In this document: positions 23,087 through 38,800 of the stretch, one piece after another
How the letters are laid out: every line of letters begins with the position of its first letter
Numbering within the stretch: the first letter of the stretch is position 1
Source of the DNA: Macrostomum lignano
Lineage: Eukaryota
Reading direction: 5' to 3'
NCBI GenBank assembly: GCA_002269645.1
Contig: NIVC01003587.1
Coordinates: forward strand, 1 to 64,000
Length of the DNA: 64,000 nucleotides
Program-made: the position numbers and the translations under genes
The notes under the pieces: model-generated
Seen by the model: only the letters and a program-made list of their open reading frames with translations
What the model was told of the DNA's origin: nothing
Databases searched by the model: none

Positions 23087-24595
23087 CAGTGTTGGGCACT
23101 TCCATTACCGAGTAACTTGCAAATGGTAACGCAAGTTACTTTTTCGTAAAGCATTCCTTACGCAAGTTACTTTTTTATTTTAGTAATGGAGTAACGGTAA
23201 GTTACTCAAATTTTGGAAGTCCGTTACAGTTACTTTGCAAGGTAAGGGGTAAAACACTGCCCGAGGGGTGGGGTGACAGGCTACCCGATGATTTTAGGTG
23301 TCTACCCGCTTCAAATTGTCCAGAAAATGCGCCTAACCTATGCAGCTTCTAGTGTGGATTTTTTTAGGTGAAAACTGAAAGATTATGATGAAATTCACGT
23401 TTATTTTTGTTGGTAGTGTTTTACTCCAAAAAGCTACCCAAAACTACCCGACCCCTACCCACGTCATTGAGAATTGAAAATCAATAGCTAAGCTTACTTT
23501 TATATCTTCTGCCATAAATATAATGTATAATATCAAGTGGTTTTAACGTGTATGAGCAAAGTTAGGGTAATGGGTAATTTGTTTTACTGTATTTTACTTT
23601 CGAATTTTTTAACAGGCATTTTCGTTTACGTTTGACTTAGTTATTGTGTAGCCCGTTAAGCTAGCGTAAGGTGCAAACTAATATTAAAGCATCGTTGTTT
23701 AGTTGATGCATAGTATAGAAAATGAATTACCTCTAATAGAGGCTCGGTATATTTTTGCCTCAATTCAAAGTGAATTTCACTGTAGAAGTTTTTTATGGTT
23801 AACATTAAATAAATTTAATGTTTAAATTAATTAAATAATTATTTTCAATTACTCAATACTCAAATACTCAAATACTTAATTAAATACTTAAATCATCGGG
23901 TAGCCTGTTACCCCATTTTTCGGGTAGTGTTTTACCCTTTACCACTTTGCAACAATTGCAATATTTAAATTTAAAACTGAAATGCTTAGCTATTACGCCG
24001 GTTGTCACATGTTTTTGCATTTTTCATTCCTAAATTCAAAATTAAGTGAATAGTATCATATGGTATTGTGCTTAATTAATGAAGAAATACTTGAAACATG
24101 TTTTACTTTGTTAATTTCGGTAAAATATTTTCGCCTTTCATTTTCAAGTTACTAAAAATTTTCAAGTTTGATTCAAACAAACAACCAAAGAAAGAAATTT
24201 GTCTGTAGCCTCCACAAGTCCCTCCACTGGCCACTGCAGTACTTACACCATTTTATACAGTTCTATTTATTTTACTCTATTGAATTATTGATATTCGTTT
24301 ATTTTATCATTTATAATTTTATTTATTGATTGCCATTGCCCATTGGTCCTTCTACTTGCCTCACATCGTGTCGCCAATTCCTGTCTCTGTCTGTTAATCG
24401 GTTAATCCCAATGCCCAATGGCAAATTTCAGTAACAACAATGTGAAAAATGTGCAATGTGAAAAAAGCAGAAAATTTTGTTAATAACATGGGTAACGGAA
24501 GTGAGTAACGGACAGTAACTTAAAAGTTACTGGGTTTTTGTCTAAAGTTACTAGGCTAACGTAAGTTACTTTTTAAAAATCAGTAACTTGTCGCC
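23087..24595. mobile_element. Possible non-autonomous DNA transposon with GTAAC/GTTAC subterminal repeats (host of the nested MITE)
   Basis: Left end CAGTGTTGGG with clustered AGTAAC/GTTACT motifs, and a similar cluster at 24490-24590; right TIR not clean. Confidence 0.4.
23241..23943. mobile_element. Mutator-like MITE, ~54-bp TIRs, 9-bp TSD
   Basis: Left GGTAAGGGGTAAAACACTGCCCGAGGGGTGGGGTGACAGGCTACCCGATGATTT matches the reverse complement of the right end; TSD ACTTTGCAA at 23232-23240 and 23944-23952. Confidence 0.88.
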
Positions 24596-25859
24596 AAATT
24601 TGTGTGCATCCTATACCATGATGGTCATAAGGAGTCCAAGGATTAGATGCTATGTGCTAAAAAAGATAGGCTTAGCCATATTTTTAATTTTTGAGTTAGT
24701 TTATTGTTGGTCACTTTGTCAACTAGCCAATCAGTACAGTATAAGAAAATCACAATATTGGGTCACTTTGTCAATTAGGCTAGCCATTAGCCTATTAGGC
24801 AATAGAAAAAAGTGCACATTTAATTATTTTTCAACTTAAATGAATGCTAAAGTGTAGGCCTATTTATTGTGATAAAAGACATTTAATAACAAAACTATTC
24901 AGTTTAGTTAAAATTATTAGGCCCTAGTTTTAGATCATTTGATCAAATCTCTAATCATTGCTTTTAGTGACTAGATGGCTAGACATCTACTTGTGTCAAC
25001 TTTTATCATGGCCCTAGGGCAGTTACATCAGGCCTAGGAGCTTTAATAAGTGTTAAGATTTTTCATTAACATTAATGGACTGCCATTAAGATTTTTTAAA
25101 CTAATGGATTAACAAATTTACATTAATAATTTTATAAGTTAATGACAAATTCATTGTTAACCTTATAATGGCAATGTCAATGACCAAAGTAGAGGTGTCG
25201 CAAGATCTTGACAAGACAATATTGGGTCAATGCAGCTTTGTTTGAAATCTTAGCCATCCCTGAGATAAAATAATTAAGATTTTACCTAAAAAGATCTCGA
25301 TATTTTCCTTGTCATAAGAAATCTTGACTTTTATGGAAAATTTTGAGACAAGATTTAAGAAATTAAAAAAATTATGGATTGCTAAAAATGAAACTTTTGA
25401 TTAAGAAAATATGTGAAAAGGCAAGTATTTTCTTCAAAACATCAAATACTATAAATACCTATGCTTTTTGTTTGAATATTTCAGCAAGACAATTTTTAAA
25501 TGGATAAATTCTGTGATAGGTATTTCTTGAGAAAGACTTTTTTTGTCTCAAATCTTGTCTCAGTCCAAATCTCAAAATATAATAGCTCTAGACCAAAGAC
25601 AAAGAAAGACCAAAAATTTAAGTCTATAAAGAGGTTACAACATTACAAATATATTTGAATTTACCTTAATGCCTAATTAATCTCTTTGTAGAAATTATAG
25701 AAATGGCAGCTATGTCTGATAATGTAAGACCTTATATAGACCTATCTGCCTTATAAGCACACGCATACATGGTACTGTTGCTTTACATTTTAGCAATAAA
25801 AAGATTACCATAATCTCCAATGAAATTGATCAAATTGACTCCATATTAAGGACACAGTC

Positions 25860-25995
25860 ATCTTCCATATACTAAAAATGAAAATCTTGCTTGTATGCTT
25901 GTATGTACGAAATCGATTATCTCCTGAATGGCTTGACCGATTTTCTTTGAACTTGCACTGTTCGATCAGAAATTTTTCTGTGACGGTATATGTGT
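25860..25995 (+). mobile_element. Possible Helitron-like 5' end
   Basis: TC..ATATACTAAAAATGAAAAT..(TGTATGCT)2..ATCTCCTGAATGGCTTGACCGATTTT resembles invertebrate non-autonomous Helitron heads; no 3' hairpin/CTAG end found. Confidence 0.35.
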
Positions 25996-26499
25996 CTTGG
26001 CTAAGAAATTGCTAAATGCTAAAGGAATGAAATATTAGAAAAAACATGCTTTTTTGCAAAGGTCAAGCAAACTTTTTGACTTGAAATGCATTGTAAGAAT
26101 GCTAGAGACAAAACTGACTGGTTGAATTCTGATTCTGAAATAGATTGCATCATAACTAAATTGTAACTCCAACTTGAATTGCGTCACAGTATTGAAAATG
26201 CAGTGTGGAAGCGTAGCACCAGACTTGATTTAGATTGAGTAACCATATTGTTAACTGATACTGACTGACTGAGAAATTGATTATGTCATAACTGCTTCGT
26301 GTGATTTACTCTATGCTTGGATTTTAAAGTGTTGAATTATATAAGTGCTAAATTTCATGTTATCAAAACGATGAGAGCTAGCCTACAGGTAAACAGACTG
26401 AACTGCCAAATGCAGCGACAATGGTTTGAATTTTCATAGAGTGGAATTTTTGAATTAAAGCTTTTTAATGTCAGGAAAACTAAAAGACTTTAAAAAAAA

Positions 26500-29450
26500 G
26501 CCTCATGAAAAAATCATAGAAGCGTCATGTAAAAAATCATAGAAGCGTCATGTAAAAATCATAGAAGCGTCATGTAAAAATCATAGAAGCATCATGTAAA
26601 AATCATAGAAGCGTCATATAAAAAATCATAGAAGCGTAATGTAAAATATCATAAAAGCGTCATGTAAAAATTATAAAAACATCATGTAAAAATCATAGAA
26701 GTGTCATGTAAACAATCATAGAAATGTCATACAAACAATCATAGAAGCCTCATAAAAAATCATAGAAGGGTCATGTAAACAATCAAAAGTGTCATATAAA
26801 CAATCAAAGAAGTGTCATGTAACAAATCATAGAAGCGTAATGTAAAAATCATAGAAGCGTTATGTAAAGAATCATAGAAGCGTCATAAAAAGTCATAGAA
26901 GAGTCATGTAAACAATCAAAGAAGCGTCACGAAAATATCATAGAGGCGTCATGTAAAAATGATAGAAGCATCGTATAAAATATCATATAAGTGTCATGTA
27001 AAAAATCATAGAAGCGTCATATAAAATATCATAGAAGTGTCATGTAAAAAATCATAGAAGCGTCATATAAAATATCATAGAAGTGTCATGTAAAAATCAT
27101 AGAAGTGTCATGTAAAAAATCATAGAAGCATCATGAAAAATATCATAGAAGCATCATGTTAAAATCATAAAAGCGTAATTTAAAATATTATAGAAGCGTC
27201 ATGTAAAAATTATAGAAACGTCATGTAAACAATCAAAGAAGTGTCATGTAACAAATCATAGAAGCGTCATGTAAAAATCATAGAAGTGTTATGTAAAGAA
27301 TCATAGAAGCGTCATAAAAAGTCATAGAAGAGTCATGTAAACAATCAAAGAAGCGTCATGAAAATATCATAGAAGCGTCATTTAAAAATGATAGAAGCAT
27401 CATATAAAATATCATATAAGCGTCATGTAAAAATCATAGAAGTGTCATGTAAAAAATCATAGAAGCGTCATGAAAAATATCATAGAAGCGTCATGTTAAA
27501 ATCATAGAAGCATAATGTAAAATATCATAGAAGCGTCATGTAAAAATTATAGAAACGTCATGTAAAAATCATAGAAGTGTCATGTAAACAATCATAGAAG
27601 TGTCATATAAACAATCATAGAAGTGTCATGTAAACAATCATAGAAACGTCATACAAACAATCATAGAAGCATCATAAAAATTCATAGAAGCGTCATGTAA
27701 ACAATCATAGAAGTGTCATGTAAACAATCATAGAAGTGTCATGTAAACAATCATAGAAGTGTCATGTAAACAATCATAGAAGTGTCATGTAAACAATCAT
27801 AGAAATGTCATGTAAAGAATCATAGAAGCGTCATAAAAAGTCATAGAAGCGTCATAAAAAGGCATAGAAGAGTCATGTAAACAATTATAGAAGCGTCATG
27901 GAAAATATCATAAGAGCGTCATGTAAAAATCATAGAAGCTTCATGTAAAAATCATAGAAGCGTCATGTAAAAATCATAGAAGCGTCATGTAAAAATCATA
28001 GAAGCGTCATGTAAAAATCATAGAAGTGTCATGTAAAAATCATAGAAGAGTCATGTAAACAATCATAGAAGCGTCATGTAAAAATCATAGAAACGTCATC
28101 AAAAAATTTTAGAAAAGTCATGTAAAAATCATAGAAGTGTCATGTAAACAATCAAAGAAGTGTCATGTAAAAAATCATAGAAGCGTAATGTAAAAATCAT
28201 AGAAGCATTATGTAGAGAATCATAGAAGCATCATAGAAAGTCATAGAAGAGTCATGTAAACAATCAAAGAAGCGTCAAGGAAAATATCATAGAAGCGTCA
28301 TGTAAAAATCATAGAAGCGTCATATAAAGTATCATAGAAGCGTCATGTAAAAATCGTAGAAGTGTCATGTAAACAATCATAGAAGTGTCATGTAAACAAT
28401 CATAGAAACGTCATGTAAAGAATCATAGAAGCGTCATAAAAAGTCATAGAAGCGTTATAAAAAGTCATAGAAGAGTCATGTAAACAATTATAGAGGCGTC
28501 ATTGAAAATATCATTGGAGCGTCATATAAAAATCATAGAAGCATCATGTAAAAATCATAGAAGCGTCATGTAAAAATCATAGAAGCGTCATGTAAAAATC
28601 ATAGAAGCGTCATGTAAAAATCATAGAAGCATCATAAAAATTCATAGAAGTGTCATGTAAACAATCATAGAAGTGTCATGTAAAATATCATAGAAGTGTC
28701 ATGTAAACAATCATAGAAACGTCATACAAACAATCATAGAAGCATCATGTAAAAATCATAGAAGCGTCATGTTGAAAATCATAGAAGCGTAATGTAAAAT
28801 ATCATAGAAGCGTCATGTAAAAATTATAGAAAAGTCTTGTAAAAATCATAGAAATGTCATGTAAACAATCATAGAAATGTCATACAAACAATCATAGAAG
28901 CCTCATAAAATATCATAGAAGCGTCATGTAAACAATCATAGAAGCGTCATATAAGCAATCATAGAAGCGTCATATAAACAATCAAAGAAGTGTCATGTAA
29001 CTAATTATAGAAGCGTAATGTAAAAATCATAGAAGCGTTATGTAAAGAATCATAGAAGCGTCATAAAAAGTCATAGAAGAGTCATGTAAACAATCAAAGA
29101 AGTGTCATATAAAATATCATAAAAGCATCATGTAAAAAATCATAGAAGCATCATGTAAAATATCATAGAAGCGTCATATAAAAATCATAGAAGTGTCATG
29201 TAACAAATCATAGAAGTGTTATGTAAAAATCATAGAAGCGTAATGTAAAATATCTTAGAAGCGTCATGTAAAAATTATAGAAACATCATGTAAAAATCAT
29301 AGAAATGTCATGTAAAAATCATAGAAGTGTCATGTAAACAATCATAGAAGAGTCATGTAAACAATCATAGAAGTGTCATGTAAACAATCAGAAGTCTCAC
29401 ATAAAAATCATAGATCTCTCATGTAAAGAATCTTAGAAGTGTCATGAAAG
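26500..29450. repeat. ~22-bp AT-rich satellite (ATCATAGAAGCGTCATGTAAAA)n
   Basis: Spacing 22 (27961, 27983, 28005), with recurring variant blocks. Confidence 0.97.
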
Positions 29451-29514
29451 AATTGTAGAGGCGTCATGGAATAATAAAAAAGTGTCAAGTCAAAAATAAA
29501 AGAAGCATCATGTA

Positions 29515-30560
29515 AAACTGTGCTGTGACCCTTGAGGAGAATTTCTCTGATATCAAGGCTCATGGAGAAAAACTGAGATTTCTAAGATGTCAATCTAAAA
29601 GCCAGAAGCTACATGTAGTTTACTCAAACTTTTTATTACATTCTTTGTTGGCTTGCCATGGGACCCGCTGATAGAAGAAGCATCATGTAAAAAAAGAGGG
29701 GAATAGCTGAGATGTCTAGACTTGCGACGGGAATAGCTGAGATGTCAATACTTGCGAGGGGAATAGCTGAGATGTCAAGACTTGCAAGGGAATAGCTGAG
29801 ATGTCAAGACTTGCAAGGGGAATAGCTGAGATGTCAAGACTTGCGAGGGGAATAGCTGAAATGTCAAGACTTGTGAGGGGAATAGCCGAGATGCCAAGAC
29901 TCACAAGGGATTGCTGAGGTTATTGCAAAGAGAAACTGTAGTTTAAACATGTACAAGCATAGTTTATTCAAAATTAGAATAAAGCCTTGACAAAAAAGTG
30001 TCATGTCAGACATAAAAGAAGTGTCATTTAAAAAACGTCACATGAAACTGTGTGCTATGACTCTTGGGGAGAATTACTATTGATGTCAAAGCTTACAGGG
30101 GAATAGCTGCGATGTCAAGGCTCATGGGGGAATAACTGAGATGTTAAAGCTAAAGTCAGAAGCTAACATGTAGTTTATTCAAAACTTTTATTACATTTTT
30201 TGTTGGCTCCTCACAGGGGGGTGCGTCACTAATAGAAAAAGCGTCATGTAAAAATAAAAGAAGCATCATGTCTAAGTTAAGAGATTCATTTGGATATCCC
30301 TACAATATCGAGGCTTGCAGGGAATCGCTATAATGCTGTAGTGCTATAATAACTCTTGGGGAGAATTACTGAACTGTCAATGCATTAGGGTTAGGGTTAA
30401 GGTAGAAGGTTAACAGATTTTTTAAGATTTCAAGGCTTATGGGGGGAATTGCTGAGATGTCAAGGCTTACAAGGGACTGCTGAGGTATTGCAAAGAGATG
30501 CTATATGTAGTTTATTAAAAAACTTGTATTGCATTTTTTGGCTCCCCAACGGGGGCGCTG
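29515..30560. repeat. 29-30-bp repeat (GAATAGCTGAGATGTCAAGACTTGC..) inside a degenerate larger duplication
   Basis: Tandem copies at 29695-29910; related blocks at ~29520, ~30050 and ~30350. Confidence 0.75.
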
Positions 30561-31403
30561 ATTGCTAGTCTATATCTATGTCTTCAAGAGTGTAATTGGT
30601 TGCTTGGCATTGGCTCTACTGTGATATGAATTTTACTGTTAAGTATGGCAAAACTGAAATATTATATTATGGCTGTAGCCTTTAGGCCAAAACATTAGAT
30701 ATTTTGTCAAAGTAATAGGTACCAGTTTACTTTTACTTTAGTTATTAAAATGGTAGGTCTTATTGTTATAGAGACTATAAATATTGGAATGGTTTTTTTA
30801 TTTTTTGTAAACAATATCTAAAGCAAATATAAATTTATACTTGGCCCTATGCCTTATATAAATTAATTAGGCCTAACAAACTTGCAATACAAATAAAAAG
30901 GTATTAAATAATTAATTAATTAAATTTCAATTTATTGTTTCATATTATGAATCTTACTTTTCCATTTAAAAATGTCTTCATTTCTTAAATTTGGTTACAA
31001 AAAAGTAGGAATTTTTTAATTACTATAAAGTGCTATTTGTATGTTTTTTCTATGGTTTTTTACATTACAGTCTGTGATAATTTCTTGTCAAAAGGTTGGT
31101 CTTTTAAATACCTATAGTCTAGATCATGGGATGGCAGGTGTATGTCAGAATGAAGGTTGAAGTTTTTTATGCCAATGTAAAATAAAAGTTTTTATGCCCA
31201 ACAAAGTTGCTTGTACATATGTAACTTTTTTAGAGAATATATTTTTTATACTTTTATATTTAATAATTTTGTTAAAAGTCAAAACATTTAACTTGTAAAA
31301 AACATAGAAGTTTTTGGGGTTCCTGCATTTTTTCAAACAAGGAAAAGGCTAAATCCATACATACCCAACACCTGGTGGCAAGAAGTCTGGCCAATAAGGG
31401 TAA

Positions 31404-34466
<3,063 letters not shown>

Positions 34467-35870
34467 TAAGGGTAAACACTAAAATGAAATCTAATTTGAA
34501 TCTGTTTGAATATAATGTGTTTATATTAATGTCTAGAAATCATGCTATATTCAAAATATTGGTATCTAACCTAGAGCTCTTTAGTTTCTTTTTTATATCT
34601 CAGATGCTTGGAACTTTTTAAATTGAGATTTAATTGAAAAGCTTGATTATGAGTAGTGCTCATGCATTTGTGTATGTTACATGGCCAAAGCAGGTTATTA
34701 CCTCAAGAAAATCAAGGATGTATTATTCAAAGCCAAACTAGACAATTCACTTTCATGAAGAGATAAATCCATGTACTAATCTAGCAAGTAAAAGATAGAT
34801 TTGATGCAAAACACTAATGGCAGTTGAATTCAATTATATTAGTTTTCTAGTCAAGTGACAATAATTTCTAACTTAAGTTCAATATTGTCCTATGTATAAA
34901 TTTTAGTTAATCTACCAAAATGACCAAGTCAAGTGTAAATAGTGGTTGCATAAGTCACTAAGCTAGAATGTTTGTCATGCAAAAAGTATATCTGGTAAGA
35001 TAGCTCACTTGGCAAGTAGTAAGAAAAGGAAACAAAAAAATCAACATATGTTTAATGAATGATGCATTTTAATGAGTTGGTTCTAAATAAATATATATAA
35101 TATCTGTGTAAATTGAATTGATAACTTATATATATATGATTTTAGTCCAGAATTTAGCATATTAGATAGAAAGACAAGGTCTAAGGATAGGTAGTTTAGA
35201 TTGCAACCAACTACCCAGAATGTGCAGCAATTGCCCCCCTCTTAGAACATGCAGAGAATTTGACCAGTGCCACCATGTTGAAGTTAAGTGTTAAGGCTAG
35301 GGGACAGATTTAATATATAGTGCTTCATGACTTGTATTGCTAGCTATGTTGGGCAGTAGTTAGTTGTGAAATTTTGTATTATGTAACCTATCGAACATTC
35401 TATCTTTATTGCTGACAAAGTCAATGGCTATGCATGCTCTTTCTCTGTCACTGACATGTCACTGCATTAGTGCGAGCTGCATTGGTGTATATATGTATAT
35501 ACAATTGAGCTTCAGTTTATGCTCCTAAAGTGGTATTTTCATTGCCAAATAGTTGAGTCTGTAAAAGTAAATATTTGATTGTAAAATTTCTGACTTATGC
35601 TAGCTGTATTTGGACCCAGAGATATTGCTGCAGAGTTTAGATATTTTAATTTAGCTACTAGTCATTATACTACTATGTACTTATCGATAACTCAGTAGTA
35701 TGATACTGACACAACTCAATTTTTTAACTAAACCAATTTTACTAAATTGGTATTCCAGCTCAAGCGAGGCGCCACTCCGTCTCACTGCTTGTCAGGAGGC
35801 AGTCTGTTTGGCGCCTACTAATTATCTGCATACAATCCCACACACACACTATCCAATCAAAACACGCACT

Positions 35871-38800
35871 ATGCAATCAGCTGTCAGTGCTGAGCAGTTG
35901 GCTATAGACGAACCGGCAACTCCTATAGAAGAGGCAGACTTGCCCAGCAGTGAAGAGTCTGTGGATAATGCCGATCCAGCTGCTAAAGATGTAGATGAAG
36001 ATGCCAATGAGGAGCATGAGGACACTGACAATGCTGCTGATGCTGATGAGTGCAAAGAGTCGCCCGAATGGCAGGTGAAGGCCTGTCCAGATTTTGCGGC
36101 AGCTTGCTCATTCCTTGGCCAGTTCGGATCGGACCTGGGCGTGACGCTGACCTTCGCCCAGCTGGCGAAATGCGCGCTGTCGGGTCAGAATCCGCAGTCC
36201 AAGCACCATCACTCGTCGCCCAGTAAAAGCTGGATTAATTTGCACGTTCGTTTATTAAATCGTTTGCGCTATTGCGTCAAAGAGGACAAATGGGAGAATG
36301 GCTTGCGCAAATTTTGCTCAGCAGTTGATGCGGATACAGCATCAGCCTCCGCGGTTGCCTCAGCTCTTGGCGTTGTTGACGCAGCCGCCGCGGCGACAAC
36401 GCCGCTGATGCTGTTGCTGGAGCCGGGCGGCTACGCCAGTTTGGGTTATGCGGAACGGCTGCGCATCTTTCGCAGCCTGTTGGAGTGCCAGTTTGATAGA
36501 AATGTCAAGCTGAAAGCCAGAACTAACGCTATTAAAGCGGAGGAGCTCAGGCAGAAACCCATTGGCCAAGACATGGCCGGCTGTCAGTACTGGCTGCTCA
36601 CCGACTCCGAGTACAGCGTGCTGCTCTATAAAGAGGATTCCGAAGCTGACGACTCCGCTAGGCTGACTCTGGAAGCTGACAGTGTGGAAGCTATTCGACA
36701 GTTGTTGGTTCAGCTGCGATCTTGGACCGATCCGCGAGCTGTGCTGGACACTCTGAGAGCGTCGGCCTTGTCTGCCGCTCTCATCAGTGGCAGCGGCAGC
36801 AGCGGCAGCAGCGGCAGCAGCAGCAAAGATGCCACGCCGCCGCCGCAACCGCCACCAAAAGAGAATGGCGCAGCCGTGAGCAAACTTGAGACCGTGCCGG
36901 AGGATGATAAAGAAGAGGAAGCTAAGCTGGAGCCTGAGCCAGAAACAGCTGAGCCCGTTGCTAACCAAGCCAAGCCTGAACCGGTTAAGTCTGAAGACAA
37001 TAACGAAGAGAAGGTCGACGTGAAACTTGAAGAAGAAAATATCAAATCGGAAGAAGAATTGTCAACTCCAGTTAACAAGGGTCGCAAAGGCAAAGCGGAT
37101 TTATCTGTGGCTGATGAGGCGGAGCAGCCAGCTGCCGCCACTGACGATAGCGGGCTTCGTCGATCGTCGCGCGTGCGCAAGCAGGTGACGCCGTTCGTCA
37201 TCCAGCAGGAGCCGGCCAGCGCTAAGAAGCGAGGCAAACTGGCAACCGCTGACAGCGGCGAAGATCAAGGCGACAGTGAGAAGACGGCTTCGCCAACTGC
37301 CAAAGCTTCTGCTAAACGGCAGAAACAGCAGCGAAAGTCCGACGGTATGAGCTACTGAATGTGTCTGTTTTTGTAGATTTCTAATATTCTATTTTATTCA
37401 GTGATGTGTAGCTTGAAACCCGTCATTCGTTTCACAAAGTCGCATTTGTCTGGGGTCTCTTATTTCATATTTTACCTGTGTTACCTGCAGCAGATTTTGG
37501 GCGCTACTTGGCCCAGGTTTTCAACGGGGAAGTTTTGAGGTCATGCAATTTGGAGCTTGTGCAATCATTATACTCTACTTCATAAGTAGTGCAGTACGCA
37601 TATTTATACTATTTTCTCACCCTTCAACAGACAAGGCGCGCAAGCTCAAACTAGCCTCCAAATCGCCGAGCAAAGCTAATAAAAAGCTCGCTAAAAAGCG
37701 GGCCAATAAGAAATTGGCCAAAGCCGCCGCCAACAAGAAGGCTAACGGTGTCGGCGTTGGCGCTAAAAAGCGACGCGGCGGCAATCCGTGGGAGCGCGGC
37801 GCCAGCAGCTCGGAGGAGGACGAAGAAGCCGAGGCGGATTTTATTCAGGCTTTGGACGCGGCCGATGAAGAGGAGGACGATGAAGGCGCGGATGCTGGAG
37901 CCATGTCTGACGACAGCTGGACTGACAGGCCAGAGTCCGACTTTGAGGTAGCTTTTTTGCTTGAAGTGTGAATCACTTGTATCCTGACTCTCAAGTCCTG
38001 AAGTTAGAAATCCAGATCTTCTTGCATATCCAAAGTGGGATTTCTACCGCAATCCCCAAGTAGGGAGTCCTTCTCTAATCCTCAATTTAAGTTTTTCCCA
38101 GATACCCAAGTTATGGATTTCCACTCAAATCCTCAGATTGGGATTCCTGCTCAAATCCTCAGATAGGGGTTCCTGCTCAAATCCTCAGATTGGGATTCCT
38201 GCTCAAATCCTCAGATTGGGATTCCTGCTCAAATCCTCAGATTGGGATTCCTGCTCAAATCCTCAGATTGGGATTCCTGCTCAAATCCTCAGATTGGGAT
38301 TCCTGCTCAAATCCTCAGATTGGGATTCCTGCTCAAATCCTCAGATTGGGATTCCTGCTCAAATCCTCAGATTGGGATTCCTGCTATATGGACGCCGGTG
38401 GCTGCAATTGTGGGATTTTTTGCTGATGTAGCTTGAAATCCCATTTATGTAGATAGAAATCCCAAATATCCCATTGATGTAGCCTGACATCCCAAATATC
38501 CCACTGATGTAGCTTGAAATCCCAAATCCCATTGATGCAGCTTGAAATCCCAAATCCCATTGATGCAGCTTGAAATCCCAAATCCCATTGATGTAGTCTG
38601 ACATCCCAAATATCCCATTGATGTAGTCTGACATCCCAAATATCCCATTGATGTAGTCTGACATCCCAAATATCCCACTGATGTAGCTGGAAAACCCAAA
38701 TATCCCATTGATGTAGCTTGAAATCCCAAATCCCATAGATGTAGTCTGACATCTCAAAAATCCCATTGATGTAGCTTTAAATCCCAAATATCCCTAGATT

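Noticed and set aside
30385-30402. TTAGGGTTAGGGTTAAGG telomere-like motif
   Set aside because: Only two perfect units; too short to call an interstitial telomere.
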